DNA of 52,712 nucleotides from a virus (taxonomy: Duplodnaviria > Caudoviricetes), in IMG/VR virus record IMGVR_UViG_3300010361_000015, positions 1-52,712 of that record, one strand, 5' to 3'. The notes below the pieces were generated by a model, which worked only from the letters and a program-made list of their open reading frames with translations, searched no databases and was not told the origin of the DNA. This document shows, one piece after another, positions 1-9,788 of the stretch (its first letter is position 1; each line of letters starts with the position of its first letter). The translations under genes and the position numbers were made by a program.

Positions 1-1
1 A

Positions 2-376
2 ACCACTGATCTCGACGGAGGCGACGAGTTGGCTCCCGAGATCATCATCAAGGAGCCGGATATGCCTTCGAACGATGGAGGCCCGGCATTTGGTCGCCGC
101 GCCGAGCAGCCACAAGCCCGTGCAGCGGGGCCCGGGGCGATGCGTGCCGCCGTGGCGGGATCGCCGACGCGCCGGGGAGTAAGCGAAACAGGACGCCGGA
201 CTGTTCTGACCCTGACGCCGGGCGAGCGCGAAACGGCGCTGGCCCTCGCCCCGCACATCTTTAGCGCAGAAACCCTTAAGGGTGGTGAAGCAGCCATCCT
301 CAAAGAATACAACGACTGGAAAATCAGCCCTGCCGCGGAGCGGGTGCGCCAGGGTTGGATCGATAGGAGAGGTTGA
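2..376 (+). CDS. 5'-truncated phage protein, probable capsid scaffolding protein C-terminus
   Basis: Frame is open from position 2, so the TTG at 29 is probably not the start; sits ahead of the capsid genes; stop overlaps the next start. Confidence 0.45.
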   Translation, partial: TTDLDGGDELAPEIIIKEPDMPSNDGGPAFGRRAEQPQARAAGPGAMRAAVAGSPTRRGVSETGRRTVLTLTPGERETALALAPHIFSAETLKGGEAAILKEYNDWKISPAAERVRQGWIDRRG

Positions 377-1029
377 TGGCTGCTTCACAGCAAGTCCCCA
401 CTCCTGCAGAGGCAAGCGCGCAACTCGCTTTAGCGCGCGAAGCAACTCGCCGACCAGCTGTGGCTTCCGACGAGCGCGGTTCACAGCGTGATATGCAGCG
501 GGCAGAGGCCCGGGACTATTACCGATCGATGGCTCGGGTTGAGCCCGTACCCGATGGGCATCTGAAATATCACATTCATCGGGAAGATTTTGTTCCCGAT
601 TGTGATCACGAGTGGGTTCCTGTCCGGGTAAACGGTCTGGACTCAGGACAGCTTCGCCGATCCATGGGGCACGGATGGGTGCCTGCCCGAGCCTGTGATT
701 TCCCACAATTGTCCGGATACGGCGTCGAGTATTCCGACAATCTACGTCGAGCCGGATATGTGCCGAATGTCCAAGCCGACGATCCGATAGAGATCGACGG
801 CCAGATGCTCATGATTCGAGCGGCGGAGTTGTCTAAGCGAGCCGAGGTTGATCGGCTGAAGGCCGCCCAAGATCAGGTCGATACGCAAATGCGGCGGCTA
901 GAAATGATCTCTCGGAAGAAGATCGGGGATCGTACCGGCCGCGGCGGGACCGAAGTGCGTTATGGCCGCACCCGTCAGTATGTAAATACTGAACTCGACG
1001 AAGCATTCAAGTCTGAAGGGGAAGTGTAG
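373..1029 (+). CDS. Conserved phage head-module protein
   Basis: HEWVPV...GWVP motif recalled from genes just upstream of decoration/MCP in this phage type; overlaps the upstream stop. Confidence 0.55.
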   Translation: MMAASQQVPTPAEASAQLALAREATRRPAVASDERGSQRDMQRAEARDYYRSMARVEPVPDGHLKYHIHREDFVPDCDHEWVPVRVNGLDSGQLRRSMGHGWVPARACDFPQLSGYGVEYSDNLRRAGYVPNVQADDPIEIDGQMLMIRAAELSKRAEVDRLKAAQDQVDTQMRRLEMISRKKIGDRTGRGGTEVRYGRTRQYVNTELDEAFKSEGEV

Positions 1030-1033
1030 TATA

Positions 1034-1780
1034 ATGCCCCTTATGGCTTACCATAATGATGACGAACGGCGCCTCGCGAGACAAGCGAGCGTGAATAAGT
1101 ACCTTGCGAAGAGGCGGCTTGATCCTGAGTGGCGAGCCGGGCACGCAGCGAGCCAGCGTAAATACTCTGCGCAAAAACGTGGAGACCCCGATTCGCGTGA
1201 CGTGATCAATGCGTATCAGCGGGCTTACTACCAGGCTAATCTAGAGGATCGGCGAGCGTATCAGAACGCTAGGTACGCTAAGAATCCTGCACCTGCTCGC
1301 GCAAACGCCAACGCCTATCGAGCGAAAAAGAGCCAAGATCCTACCTGGGTCGAAGAGAAAAAGCGGAAAGAGCGCGCTCGATACGAACTTGTTGGCCGCG
1401 ACCAAATTCGTGCGAATCGTGACTTGATCAATGCTAGGCGGAAAGAGCTAAGAAGGGGCTGCCCGGTTAGCCTAGCTGATCGTATGAGAGTTGCGGTGCG
1501 AAGCTGCCTTCGGGGTGGAGAAAAGCGTGCCCCGACATTTGTGGCGCTTGGCTATACGGTAGAGCAGTTGGCTCGGCATCTTGAACGGCAGTTCACCCGC
1601 GGGATGTCCTGGGAGAATTATGGTGAGTGGCATATCGACCATATTCTTCCGATCTCGTCTTTCAAGTTCTCCACCACCGATGATCCGGAGTTCAAGGCGT
1701 GTTGGGCCTTGGCGAATCTGCGGCCCTTATGGGCGCCTGAGAACATGGCCAAACATAAGACACGCGTGAGTCTGCTGTAA
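1034..1780 (+). CDS. HNH homing endonuclease (possible start at 1043)
   Basis: C-terminal GMSWENYGEWHIDHILP...CWALANLRPLWAPEN; basic helical repeats in the N-terminus. Confidence 0.85.
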   Translation: MPLMAYHNDDERRLARQASVNKYLAKRRLDPEWRAGHAASQRKYSAQKRGDPDSRDVINAYQRAYYQANLEDRRAYQNARYAKNPAPARANANAYRAKKSQDPTWVEEKKRKERARYELVGRDQIRANRDLINARRKELRRGCPVSLADRMRVAVRSCLRGGEKRAPTFVALGYTVEQLARHLERQFTRGMSWENYGEWHIDHILPISSFKFSTTDDPEFKACWALANLRPLWAPENMAKHKTRVSLL

Positions 1781-1794
1781 GAGGAGTAAAAGTT

Positions 1795-2394
1795 GTGGCC
1801 ACTAACCCAAATTCGCCTTTTGGTTTCAAGTTCATAAAGATGATCGATGGGACGTCGGCGACTTATGGTCTGCGGAAGTTTTATTTGGCGACCGGGAACA
1901 CTAGCAAGATCTTTCGTGGAGATCCGATCAAGGTTCCCGTCGCAGGCGTGGTCGATGTTGCGACGTCTACCTCGACGGCAATTGCGGGGATTTTCGAATC
2001 CTTTGAATGGACGAGCATCGCTGAACAGAAAGTGGTGCGCCGGAACTGGTGGAACGGCGCCGGGGATGCTGTTTCGGGTACGACCGTTACCGCATACGGA
2101 TATTCGAACCCAGGCTCCATCTTTGAAGTGCAGTGCATCCTTGGGCCGATAACCGCGGCGAATATAAGTCAATTTGCTACCTTTAACGCCGGCTCTGGCG
2201 GCACCCAAATCGGTGCGGGCAACCAATCGAGTTACACGCTCGACACCGCCGGGATGAGCGACACGCAGGGTACCCTAATCTTCCGGATCTACGACCTTCC
2301 CACCCAGAACGTGCTGTTCACGCAATCGGGGTATGACCCGGCAAATCCCTATAACCGGGTGTGGGTGACTATGGTCAATCTGTCGCCAGAATAA
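1795..2394 (+). CDS. Capsid decoration/minor capsid protein
   Basis: MATNPNSPFGF...IFRGDP motif; GAGGAG RBS; immediately upstream of MCP. Confidence 0.65.
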   Translation: MATNPNSPFGFKFIKMIDGTSATYGLRKFYLATGNTSKIFRGDPIKVPVAGVVDVATSTSTAIAGIFESFEWTSIAEQKVVRRNWWNGAGDAVSGTTVTAYGYSNPGSIFEVQCILGPITAANISQFATFNAGSGGTQIGAGNQSSYTLDTAGMSDTQGTLIFRIYDLPTQNVLFTQSGYDPANPYNRVWVTMVNLSPE

Positions 2395-2422
2395 ACGAGA
2401 GTATTAGGAAGGAGTTCGTTAA

Positions 2423-3331
2423 ATGGCCGTCTCACGTGCATCAATACCGCACGAGCTTCTTCCCGGACTAGCCGGTGTGGAAGGTCGATACCCGCAAATC
2501 GCCAAGCAATGGCCGCAAATGTTTTTGCGCGGCTATTCTAAGATGAGCCTGGAGCGCGCGGCGGAAAACCGCTATACCGGCCTCGCTCAACTTAAAGCCG
2601 AGGGTGGCGCTACTACATTCGACAACGCGCCCGGCGAGCGGTTTATCTACAACATCGACATGATCGCGCTCGGTCTTGGCACCGCGCTGACCCGCGAAAT
2701 GCTCGATGACAATCTCTACAAGGACCAGTTCGGCCCGATGACCATGGGTCTCGCCGAGTCCTTCGCGCAGACCGAAGAGATCATCCACGCGAACGTGCTG
2801 AACACCGGTACTACGCTGATCGGCACCGTCATCGGTGACAACCAGCCGCTCTTCTCGACTGCGCATCCGATCGACAACGGTACTTACTCAAACCGCCCGT
2901 CGCCCGATATCGGGCTCAACGAAGCCGGTATCGAGTATCTCTTGCAGCTGATCCGCGTGTTCCCCGATCAGGCCGGGTTGCGTATGTTCGCCCGTGGTCG
3001 CCGGCTCGCCGTGCCGATCGCGCTCGAATTCACCGCCGAACGTCTTACCAAAGCCGAACTCCGGCCAGGCACCAACGCCAACGACATCACTGCTTTCCTA
3101 AGCTCGGGCGGGTTGCCGGAAGGCTATCAGGTGATGGACTTCCTCTCCTCGCCGACCGCTTGGTTTGTAAAGAGCAGCGTGCCCGGTCTCGTCAGCTATG
3201 AGCGTATTCCGTTCGAGTTGGATATGCAGGTCGATCCGTTGACGGGGAACCTACTGATCGTGGGTTATCAGAGATACGGCGTTGGCTGGCGTAACCCTAG
3301 AGCCGTCAGTGGCTCGTTTCCTAGCGCATAA
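2423..3331 (+). CDS. Major capsid protein (HK97 fold, Mu gpT-like / HTVC010P-type)
   Basis: MAVSRASIPHELLPGL, KAEG, TREMLDDNLY, LFSTAHP, RYGVGWRNPR motifs; AAGGAG RBS. Confidence 0.9.
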   Translation: MAVSRASIPHELLPGLAGVEGRYPQIAKQWPQMFLRGYSKMSLERAAENRYTGLAQLKAEGGATTFDNAPGERFIYNIDMIALGLGTALTREMLDDNLYKDQFGPMTMGLAESFAQTEEIIHANVLNTGTTLIGTVIGDNQPLFSTAHPIDNGTYSNRPSPDIGLNEAGIEYLLQLIRVFPDQAGLRMFARGRRLAVPIALEFTAERLTKAELRPGTNANDITAFLSSGGLPEGYQVMDFLSSPTAWFVKSSVPGLVSYERIPFELDMQVDPLTGNLLIVGYQRYGVGWRNPRAVSGSFPSA

Positions 3332-3374
3332 TCGCTTACCTACGTCGCCACGCTGAGCAGGAGGACGAGGCAGC

Positions 3375-3686
3375 ATGAGCCTCAACGGCTTTTATTATGA
3401 ATGGTTCTGGGGCTGGGCTCAGAATGAGGATGCGAGCTGGAGCTTCTCGGTCAACATGCCGTCGAGCTATGTGCGCGCTTATCCGGTGCTTCAGCAGCAT
3501 CTTGAAAACCAGGGCGATTCGCAAACCGGCGCGAAAGTGAACATCGTCGAATATGTGCGGAATGGCACACCGTTCCACGTCGATAGTCAGATCGTGCATG
3601 GGTCCGGGTTTACGAACGTGACCTTTGGGCTCTACGTCAACAGATGCTTTGCGGCCGGGGTTGGGAATGTTGACATCTTTAGTTAG
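3375..3686 (+). CDS. Hypothetical protein
   Basis: 103 aa, GGAGG/GAGG upstream, co-oriented. Confidence 0.6.
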   Translation: MSLNGFYYEWFWGWAQNEDASWSFSVNMPSSYVRAYPVLQQHLENQGDSQTGAKVNIVEYVRNGTPFHVDSQIVHGSGFTNVTFGLYVNRCFAAGVGNVDIFS

Positions 3687-3695
3687 GGGTAAGGG

Positions 3696-4025
3696 ATGAA
3701 CACGACAATCCCAGCGTGTCCGCCACCCGCGCCGCCAGGAGACACGATGCCGGATCCGATGGCACAGGTGGCGCAGGTGTCGACGGTGGTCCTGTATGAT
3801 CCCGAGACGGGCGCCATAGCGCATGTGCATCAGGAAACAACGCTGGTGGGAGCGGTGCCGTCGACTGCAGCACAGCTGGAACGAGCGGCAAAGCGGATCT
3901 TTGCTCGACAACAGCCGGCAGCAAATCAGTCTGTTGCGAGTTTGATGTTTAACGGTTCGGCGCGGACTTTGATGTGTCCAGGAGCGACATACAAGGTAGT
4001 TAATTGTGCGCTGGTTCAGGGGTAA
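3696..4025 (+). CDS. Hypothetical protein
   Basis: 109 aa, AAGGG upstream, fills the gap in the operon. Confidence 0.55.
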   Translation: MNTTIPACPPPAPPGDTMPDPMAQVAQVSTVVLYDPETGAIAHVHQETTLVGAVPSTAAQLERAAKRIFARQQPAANQSVASLMFNGSARTLMCPGATYKVVNCALVQG

Positions 4026-4037
4026 GGAGCGTACCGC

Positions 4038-4973
4038 ATGACGATACAACGCAGCGATGGACCGATGGTTTCGGTCGGGGTGAACCCGGCGATCGGCAGC
4101 ACGACACCGACCTTTACGGGCCCGGCGCCTTATGTGTCAGGCAGCAATGAAAACCCTGATGCGGGGCCGAATAGCTTTTATGCTGGGAATATGCTGCGCG
4201 ATTTCCGCATCCGGTCGCGGCCAGATGGTGTGGATCTCGTAGCTGGCGGATACGCGAATCAGGATTTCGGCTATCTCGAAAATCTAAGCTTCACGCTCGA
4301 TTTTGCGCCGGCCGCCATCGTTGTAAACAACATCGTGACGACGACTGGAACCACGGCCCTCACTCCGCTCACTTTGACGGCCGGCACCGGCACATCGATC
4401 CTGGCGACGGCCTTCACGGTCCCTGGCACGTTGAATGTGATCCCGGCAGGAGCACTGCAGATTGATGCGGCGCCAACATACAAAGGATATGGCACTTCAG
4501 GCGCGCTGCAGGCGTGGAACCTCGCGGCTGCCGACCGGGCGATTACGGTAACCGGCGGCGCGAGCGTTATCACGGTACATGGATACGATATCTACGGTGT
4601 CCCCGTAACTCAGCAAATCGCGTCTGGTACCCACACGAGCCTCAAGGGCTTCAAGTGGATCGGATCCATCGTGCCGACCACAACGAGCGCGACGACATTA
4701 ACCGTAGGTACAGCGGATGTGTTCGGGTTCCCGCTCCGGGCCGATCTGTGGTGTGATGTCCTGGTGTGGGTTAGCAACACCCTGATCACCGCGAGCACGG
4801 GCTTTGTCGCGGCGGTCACGACAAATCCGGCGACGGCCACGACCGGGGCGACTCGCGGCACCTATGCTCTTCAAACTCCATCGGATGGCACGATCAGGCT
4901 ACAGGTGAAACAGACGGTCCGACCAGCGAACTCGGACACGGTTGCCGGCATGTGGGGCGTGACGCAGTTCTAA
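4038..4973 (+). CDS. Virion structural protein (Thr/Gly-rich, beta-rich)
   Basis: TAAGGAG RBS; GYDIYG and VGTADVFGFP motifs; ends ...GVTQF. Confidence 0.6.
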   Translation: MTIQRSDGPMVSVGVNPAIGSTTPTFTGPAPYVSGSNENPDAGPNSFYAGNMLRDFRIRSRPDGVDLVAGGYANQDFGYLENLSFTLDFAPAAIVVNNIVTTTGTTALTPLTLTAGTGTSILATAFTVPGTLNVIPAGALQIDAAPTYKGYGTSGALQAWNLAAADRAITVTGGASVITVHGYDIYGVPVTQQIASGTHTSLKGFKWIGSIVPTTTSATTLTVGTADVFGFPLRADLWCDVLVWVSNTLITASTGFVAAVTTNPATATTGATRGTYALQTPSDGTIRLQVKQTVRPANSDTVAGMWGVTQF

Positions 4974-4977
4974 GCTG

Positions 4978-5223
4978 ATGGCAGATCTTGTCGAAGCGAT
5001 GGGAAGGGCCTTTGTGGCGACAGAGACCGCCGAAGCAACCGACCTAAATGGGGATCCCATCACATGGGACACCATTGGCCCGATGCGACGGGACCGTTTG
5101 CGTGAGTGTATGGTGGCCGTTCTCCGCGTCATTGATCCCGATCTCGCGCCAATTCCTCTTCCGGATGAAGGGCCAGAGATCGAGCGGTTAAAGACTCGGA
5201 TTCGCGAGATCCTCGCAGCATGA
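4978..5223 (+). CDS. Hypothetical protein
   Basis: Tightly packed; ATGA coupling to next ORF. Confidence 0.5.
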   Translation: MADLVEAMGRAFVATETAEATDLNGDPITWDTIGPMRRDRLRECMVAVLRVIDPDLAPIPLPDEGPEIERLKTRIREILAA

Positions 5224-5417
5224 CGACGCTTCCCCGTCCTGATGTCTCGGTGACCGAATCACCCGGAAAAAGCTCCGGCGAGACAAAGATCGATGTCGTG
5301 ATTAGCCGCGATAACAAGGCAAAAACCTATACCGGTAAAGGAACTACGACTCAGGCGGTTCACGATATCGTCCGAGAGATCATCGACAATCCGGCTACGG
5401 CGGAGATCTTACCATGA
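5220..5417 (+). CDS. Hypothetical protein
   Basis: ATGA overlaps on both sides. Confidence 0.55.
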   Translation: MTTLPRPDVSVTESPGKSSGETKIDVVISRDNKAKTYTGKGTTTQAVHDIVREIIDNPATAEILP

Positions 5418-5665
5418 TCAACGCTGCTGCCTCCTCTGTGCGTGCTGCTTCGCGCCGATCGCGACGCCATGTTTTGGCGGGCACCTCTCCCCCGACGATC
5501 CTCCCTGCCGAGGTGTCTGCGGCACGCACGCCTGCTCAGTGTAAGTGCGGCGAGCCGATGTTTTGGGATGACGATGTGAATCGATATCTCTGCCCGGCGC
5601 GCTGGGATGGCGCTCAGGCTCATGTCGGCTGGGATACGCCTTCAATTCTTCAGGCGACGCCCTGA
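5414..5665 (+). CDS. Small protein with Cys motif (CKCG...YLCP)
   Basis: ATGA coupling; Zn-ribbon-like cysteines. Confidence 0.4.
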   Translation: MINAAASSVRAASRRSRRHVLAGTSPPTILPAEVSAARTPAQCKCGEPMFWDDDVNRYLCPARWDGAQAHVGWDTPSILQATP

Positions 5666-5990
5666 GGGCGGGTGTGCTACGAGCGTTGAAATCATGTTGT
5701 TCCAGACGATTCAAGCGGTCGGGAAGCTAGCTGTCAAAGTTACCGAGTTAACGGAGGCAAACCTCGAACTTGTCGAGGTAACCAAAGCAGTTCACCGGGA
5801 GCGGGCAGCTCAGATACGTCAAGAGATAGAAGAGCTTGACCCAGATAATCATCCTAAGGTGAATAATTTCAAAATGTGGCATCTGATGGAACGGCTGAAA
5901 GCCCTAGAGATGCCGGCTAGAAGTTCTGAGCAGATAACGGCTCTCGACCAGATGCCGAGACCTCCTCGGCATGCAAACGGGAGTGCCTGA
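5607..5990 (+). CDS. Hypothetical coiled-coil protein (start uncertain)
   Basis: Helical C-terminal half; TGATG coupling to next gene. Confidence 0.45.
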   Translation: MALRLMSAGIRLQFFRRRPEGGCATSVEIMLFQTIQAVGKLAVKVTELTEANLELVEVTKAVHRERAAQIRQEIEELDPDNHPKVNNFKMWHLMERLKALEMPARSSEQITALDQMPRPPRHANGSA

Positions 5991-6679
5991 TGGCGACCCT
6001 AATCTACGGTTCGACATGGCGCATAGAGAAGCAGCTCACCGCAGCTTCGGCGAATAATATTGCGCTGTCTCAAACGCCAGTGAGTGGCACGCCTCTTACC
6101 TTGAACGGTTCTACGGTAACCGGTGGTGTCGCGACACTCGATAGCCAGCGCAGGGTACGCCTGACGGCTGGTTCGGAAGCTGCTCAGCGAACCTTAGTGC
6201 TGACCGGAACAAACGATCAAGGGACAACGATCTCAGAAACGATAACCGTCCCGGCGACCACGGCCGGCACCTACGACAGCTATTTCGATTATCTGACCGT
6301 GACGTCGGCGTTGCCGCTGGGTGGTGGATGGACGGCGGCGATTACGTTAGGTACGAACGGCGTTGGCAGTAGTCAGCCACAAATACCGGCACATTATCAG
6401 GCAATTTTTAATATAGGGTTTGATGTTACGGTTACGGGCACAGCGAATTGTAGCATAGAATGCACGCGGGATATCCCATACGCGCTGCCGAATATTTATA
6501 CGTCCGGGATGACATTCGTGCCACCTCAGGTTAATTGGTTTGTGTGGACAACGCTGTCTGCTATTACCAGCGATACATTTAGTGACGTGGACTCCCCTGT
6601 AAATGCATGGCGGTTGACGGTTAATTCCGGAACCGGATTATGCGTTGCGCGGGCGATCCCGATCGGGCTACGAACTTAA
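5990..6679 (+). CDS. Virion structural protein
   Basis: Thr-rich beta protein; C-terminal WRLTVNSGTG. Confidence 0.6.
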   Translation: MATLIYGSTWRIEKQLTAASANNIALSQTPVSGTPLTLNGSTVTGGVATLDSQRRVRLTAGSEAAQRTLVLTGTNDQGTTISETITVPATTAGTYDSYFDYLTVTSALPLGGGWTAAITLGTNGVGSSQPQIPAHYQAIFNIGFDVTVTGTANCSIECTRDIPYALPNIYTSGMTFVPPQVNWFVWTTLSAITSDTFSDVDSPVNAWRLTVNSGTGLCVARAIPIGLRT

Positions 6680-6700
6680 ATATCACGTTGATGGCGTGGC

Positions 6701-7150
6701 ATGTCTGGAGAGAAATTATCTCAGTTGCCGCCACTTGGTACGCTGGCATCCAGCGATTTAATTTACGTGGTGCGAGGCGGTGCCTCGTTTCAAGCAGAGG
6801 TTGGTCTTGTATCGGGCGGCGCTTTACTTAGGCAGACCAAAACAGCGAATTACACGTTAACTGCTGCCGATGCAGGTACTTATTTCGACAACATAGGCGC
6901 TCTAAGCGAAGTGGATTTCACGTTGCCGGCCACACCGTCGGCGACTCAGGTTAACGGGTTTGTCATCGCAGCCGCTCAACTCATCAAAATCATAGCACCG
7001 GTTGGCACAACCATTTCGCTTGGTTCAACAGCAACAACGGATGGTGGCTTTGTGTCGTGCCCCGATCCCGGCGCCAACCTCGTACTGTATGCGGTTACCC
7101 AAGCGCAATGGGTATCGCTGTCCCTCTCTGGCGGATGGAGTATAAACTGA
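6701..7150 (+). CDS. Fibre-associated protein
   Basis: KLSQLP...SDLIYVVRGG head and TKTANYTLTAADAG...FTLP fibre motif. Confidence 0.6.
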   Translation: MSGEKLSQLPPLGTLASSDLIYVVRGGASFQAEVGLVSGGALLRQTKTANYTLTAADAGTYFDNIGALSEVDFTLPATPSATQVNGFVIAAAQLIKIIAPVGTTISLGSTATTDGGFVSCPDPGANLVLYAVTQAQWVSLSLSGGWSIN

Positions 7151-7956
7151 TGCTGCTCCGGGTATTCAAGGGTCTTGCTGTAGTTGCGTTGGTCATGACT
7201 CCACTTGTCGCACGAGCAGCGACAACTTTTGTCAGCCCAGTGCAGACCTATAGCTGTACAAATCAAGTTGCAACGGCGCTCGCCCAAGGCACAGGGGCAA
7301 CTACGTGCTCTACTGTCACGGCGGCAATGTTCGGCTCATCAATAACGGGCGGGACGGTCTTTGGAAACAATACCGGATCGGCAGGGACACCGGCTTTTTC
7401 GGCCGTTCCGGTCCTCGGTGTAAATGCCTCAACGGCCGGCACGCTGGGGCTTGCGAATGGTGGCGGTTCCGGCGCTACGGTGACGATCCAGAATCCGTCA
7501 GCCACGAGTGCATATAATTTCAACCTGCCGGCCACGGTAGGTTCTGCGGGGCAGGCTCTTATTTCTGAGGGCGGCGGGTCAACTGCAATGCAGTGGGCTA
7601 ATATCCTTTCGTCGCAGATGACTGTTGTGAGTAAGGTGACATCATATCAGGTTGCAACGACAACCGATGATTGGAAGCGATTTGATGACACTGGAGCGGG
7701 CTCTGGCGTAACCTTCACTCTTCCGACCGCCGCAAACACCGCTGCCGGCGACAACTGGTGCTTTACTGAAGTTTCGGCACACAACATAAGCATCGCCGTG
7801 AATGCAACCCAGATTATTACAATGGGCAACATTGCGGGAACAACTGGTACGGGAACGCTCACGTCGAGCGGCGCCGGTTCGACCGTCTGCATGTACGCGC
7901 AATCTAGCACGAATATCCAGGTGTACTCGTCAAATGGTGGTTGGACGAATAATTAG
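7150..7956 (+). CDS. Fibre-like protein with Sec signal peptide
   Basis: Start reassigned to ATG 7150 (TGATG coupling): MLLRVFKGLAVVALVMTPLVARA; YNFNLPATVGSAGQAL fibre motif. Confidence 0.65.
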   Translation: MLLRVFKGLAVVALVMTPLVARAATTFVSPVQTYSCTNQVATALAQGTGATTCSTVTAAMFGSSITGGTVFGNNTGSAGTPAFSAVPVLGVNASTAGTLGLANGGGSGATVTIQNPSATSAYNFNLPATVGSAGQALISEGGGSTAMQWANILSSQMTVVSKVTSYQVATTTDDWKRFDDTGAGSGVTFTLPTAANTAAGDNWCFTEVSAHNISIAVNATQIITMGNIAGTTGTGTLTSSGAGSTVCMYAQSSTNIQVYSSNGGWTNN

Positions 7957-8323
7957 CGGCCTCATCGTGGTGTGGGCATCGATGGCGCATGCGCAAGATA
8001 TGTGTGGGGGTGCGCTTCCATATCAAGCCGACCCAAAATCCGTAACGGACTTTCGCCAGCAATGCACAATCCAAAAGTTGCTGGCTGCACGAACAGAAGA
8101 GGCTACCCGTAGAACCGCAGCCGAAGTCGAGGCCGCAGTCGAGGCGGCGCACAATAAGGCGCTGTCCGGGAGCATCACCAAGGCGAATGAAGAAGCAGAA
8201 TATTGGAAGAGTTATGCTGCCGGGCTGGAATCCATGATTCCCAAAATCGACGCCGTGTGTGCTTGGCGCGGAACAAAGAATGAGCCGACAGCAACGCTGT
8301 GCAAGGCCACGGGTAAGCGGTGA
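7934..8323 (+). CDS. Exported coiled-coil protein
   Basis: MVVGRIISGLIVVWASMAHA signal-like N-terminus; helical body with 4 Cys. Confidence 0.5.
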   Translation: MVVGRIISGLIVVWASMAHAQDMCGGALPYQADPKSVTDFRQQCTIQKLLAARTEEATRRTAAEVEAAVEAAHNKALSGSITKANEEAEYWKSYAAGLESMIPKIDAVCAWRGTKNEPTATLCKATGKR

Positions 8324-9387
8324 AAAAACTTCTCGTGTTTCTCTGTTGCCTGTTGTGTGCCGGCGCTCAGGCAGGCACAAATTTTATCGGTCCGGTGGTT
8401 GTATATGCGCCCGTCGTATCGACAGGATCGAATTGGACAAGCGGTACAACGGTCAATTCGACGCAGACGATCTATACTGGCACGAACTATTCGGCGGTGT
8501 TGGTGCAGACGGACACCACGACAACGGTGAGCGGCGGCGCGATCACTTTCCAGGTTTCCTATGATGGCACGAATTATGTAGCGCCGGCCGCCGATCAGGT
8601 CGTCGATCCGACATCCGCCTCATTGGCCCAGATAAGCCTTCCGTATACTCTGGTCGCAAGTACAAATAAGGCTTTTCTGATTCTGACACACGGGGCTCAG
8701 GCAATACAGATCAAACTATCGACAGCGATTACCGGCAGCGCAACGCTGACACCATATTTTACACTTCTTAATCTACTGAATGTGCAAGAGGTCACGCAGG
8801 CAACTAGTCCATGGGTCGCGAATATCTCCCAATTCGGCGGCAACAACGTGGTAACGGGCACAGGGGCTGGTGGGTCCGGTATCCCGCGGGTGACGATTTC
8901 AAATGACAGCGCGCTTGCTGCCAACCAAAGCAGCAATCTCTCGCAAATCAACGGACAGACCGCAGCCAATGGTGGCGTCACCGGCTCGCTCTTGGTCGAG
9001 CAAGGATGTGCTGGGCAAACTGTGGCTAACACGTCGACTGTCGGCTTCGATACCAATGGATCAAGCTCGAACCTCAAGATCGTCACCAAGGCGTCATCGA
9101 AAAAGATCTATATCTGCTCGATCAACGTCGGGCCGGTCGCGTCCGCCGTGAATGTGGGTCTCATCGAGGGAACCAAGACGACCAACGAATGCGACACCGC
9201 GGCGGCAGGGCTCAACGAAAGCGGCACCACAGCTGCGCGAGGCTGGAACTTCGCAGCGAATGGTGGGATCACCTTTGGCAATGGAATAGGCGTCCTGTAT
9301 AAGACGGCGAATGCAAATGACGATGTATGCTTGGTGTTCAGCGGGGCTGTGCAGGTTAATGGCAGCATAACATACGCACAGTTCTAG
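8320..9387 (+). CDS. Fibre/spike-like protein with Sec signal peptide
   Basis: MKKLLVFLCCLLCAGAQA; Thr/Ser/Gly-rich beta domains. Confidence 0.65.
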   Translation: MKKLLVFLCCLLCAGAQAGTNFIGPVVVYAPVVSTGSNWTSGTTVNSTQTIYTGTNYSAVLVQTDTTTTVSGGAITFQVSYDGTNYVAPAADQVVDPTSASLAQISLPYTLVASTNKAFLILTHGAQAIQIKLSTAITGSATLTPYFTLLNLLNVQEVTQATSPWVANISQFGGNNVVTGTGAGGSGIPRVTISNDSALAANQSSNLSQINGQTAANGGVTGSLLVEQGCAGQTVANTSTVGFDTNGSSSNLKIVTKASSKKIYICSINVGPVASAVNVGLIEGTKTTNECDTAAAGLNESGTTAARGWNFAANGGITFGNGIGVLYKTANANDDVCLVFSGAVQVNGSITYAQF

Positions 9388-9407
9388 GAAGACAAGAGGA
9401 CAACCTG

Positions 9408-9788
9408 ATGGCAAGCTCGCCGCACGAACAGACGATCAATACACTGAATTCGTTAGCATCACTGATGCAACAATTTAATGGAATTTTGCGAACAGCAAAT
9501 CAGCTGATCAACACCTATGATCAGCTTAATATGGGGAACATTACTGATGCGTTGCCAACAGCGGCGCTCAACAGCGACGGCACCCTCGGCACCGCCGACG
9601 GTGCGACAAATACCGGACACCCGATCGATGTCCGGGTGATAACGACCCTGAATTTTGCAGCGACTCCCTTCGATTACGGAACGATGCTGGGAATTGCGCA
9701 ATCGTTCGTGCAGTTGATGAACGGTACGGCCGTCACCACCCAAGCTAACGCGCCGGCGGAACTCGCTAAGACAGATGCCGGCTCGTAG
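9408..9788 (+). CDS. Hypothetical protein
   Basis: GAGGA RBS, co-oriented. Confidence 0.6.
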   Translation: MASSPHEQTINTLNSLASLMQQFNGILRTANQLINTYDQLNMGNITDALPTAALNSDGTLGTADGATNTGHPIDVRVITTLNFAATPFDYGTMLGIAQSFVQLMNGTAVTTQANAPAELAKTDAGS

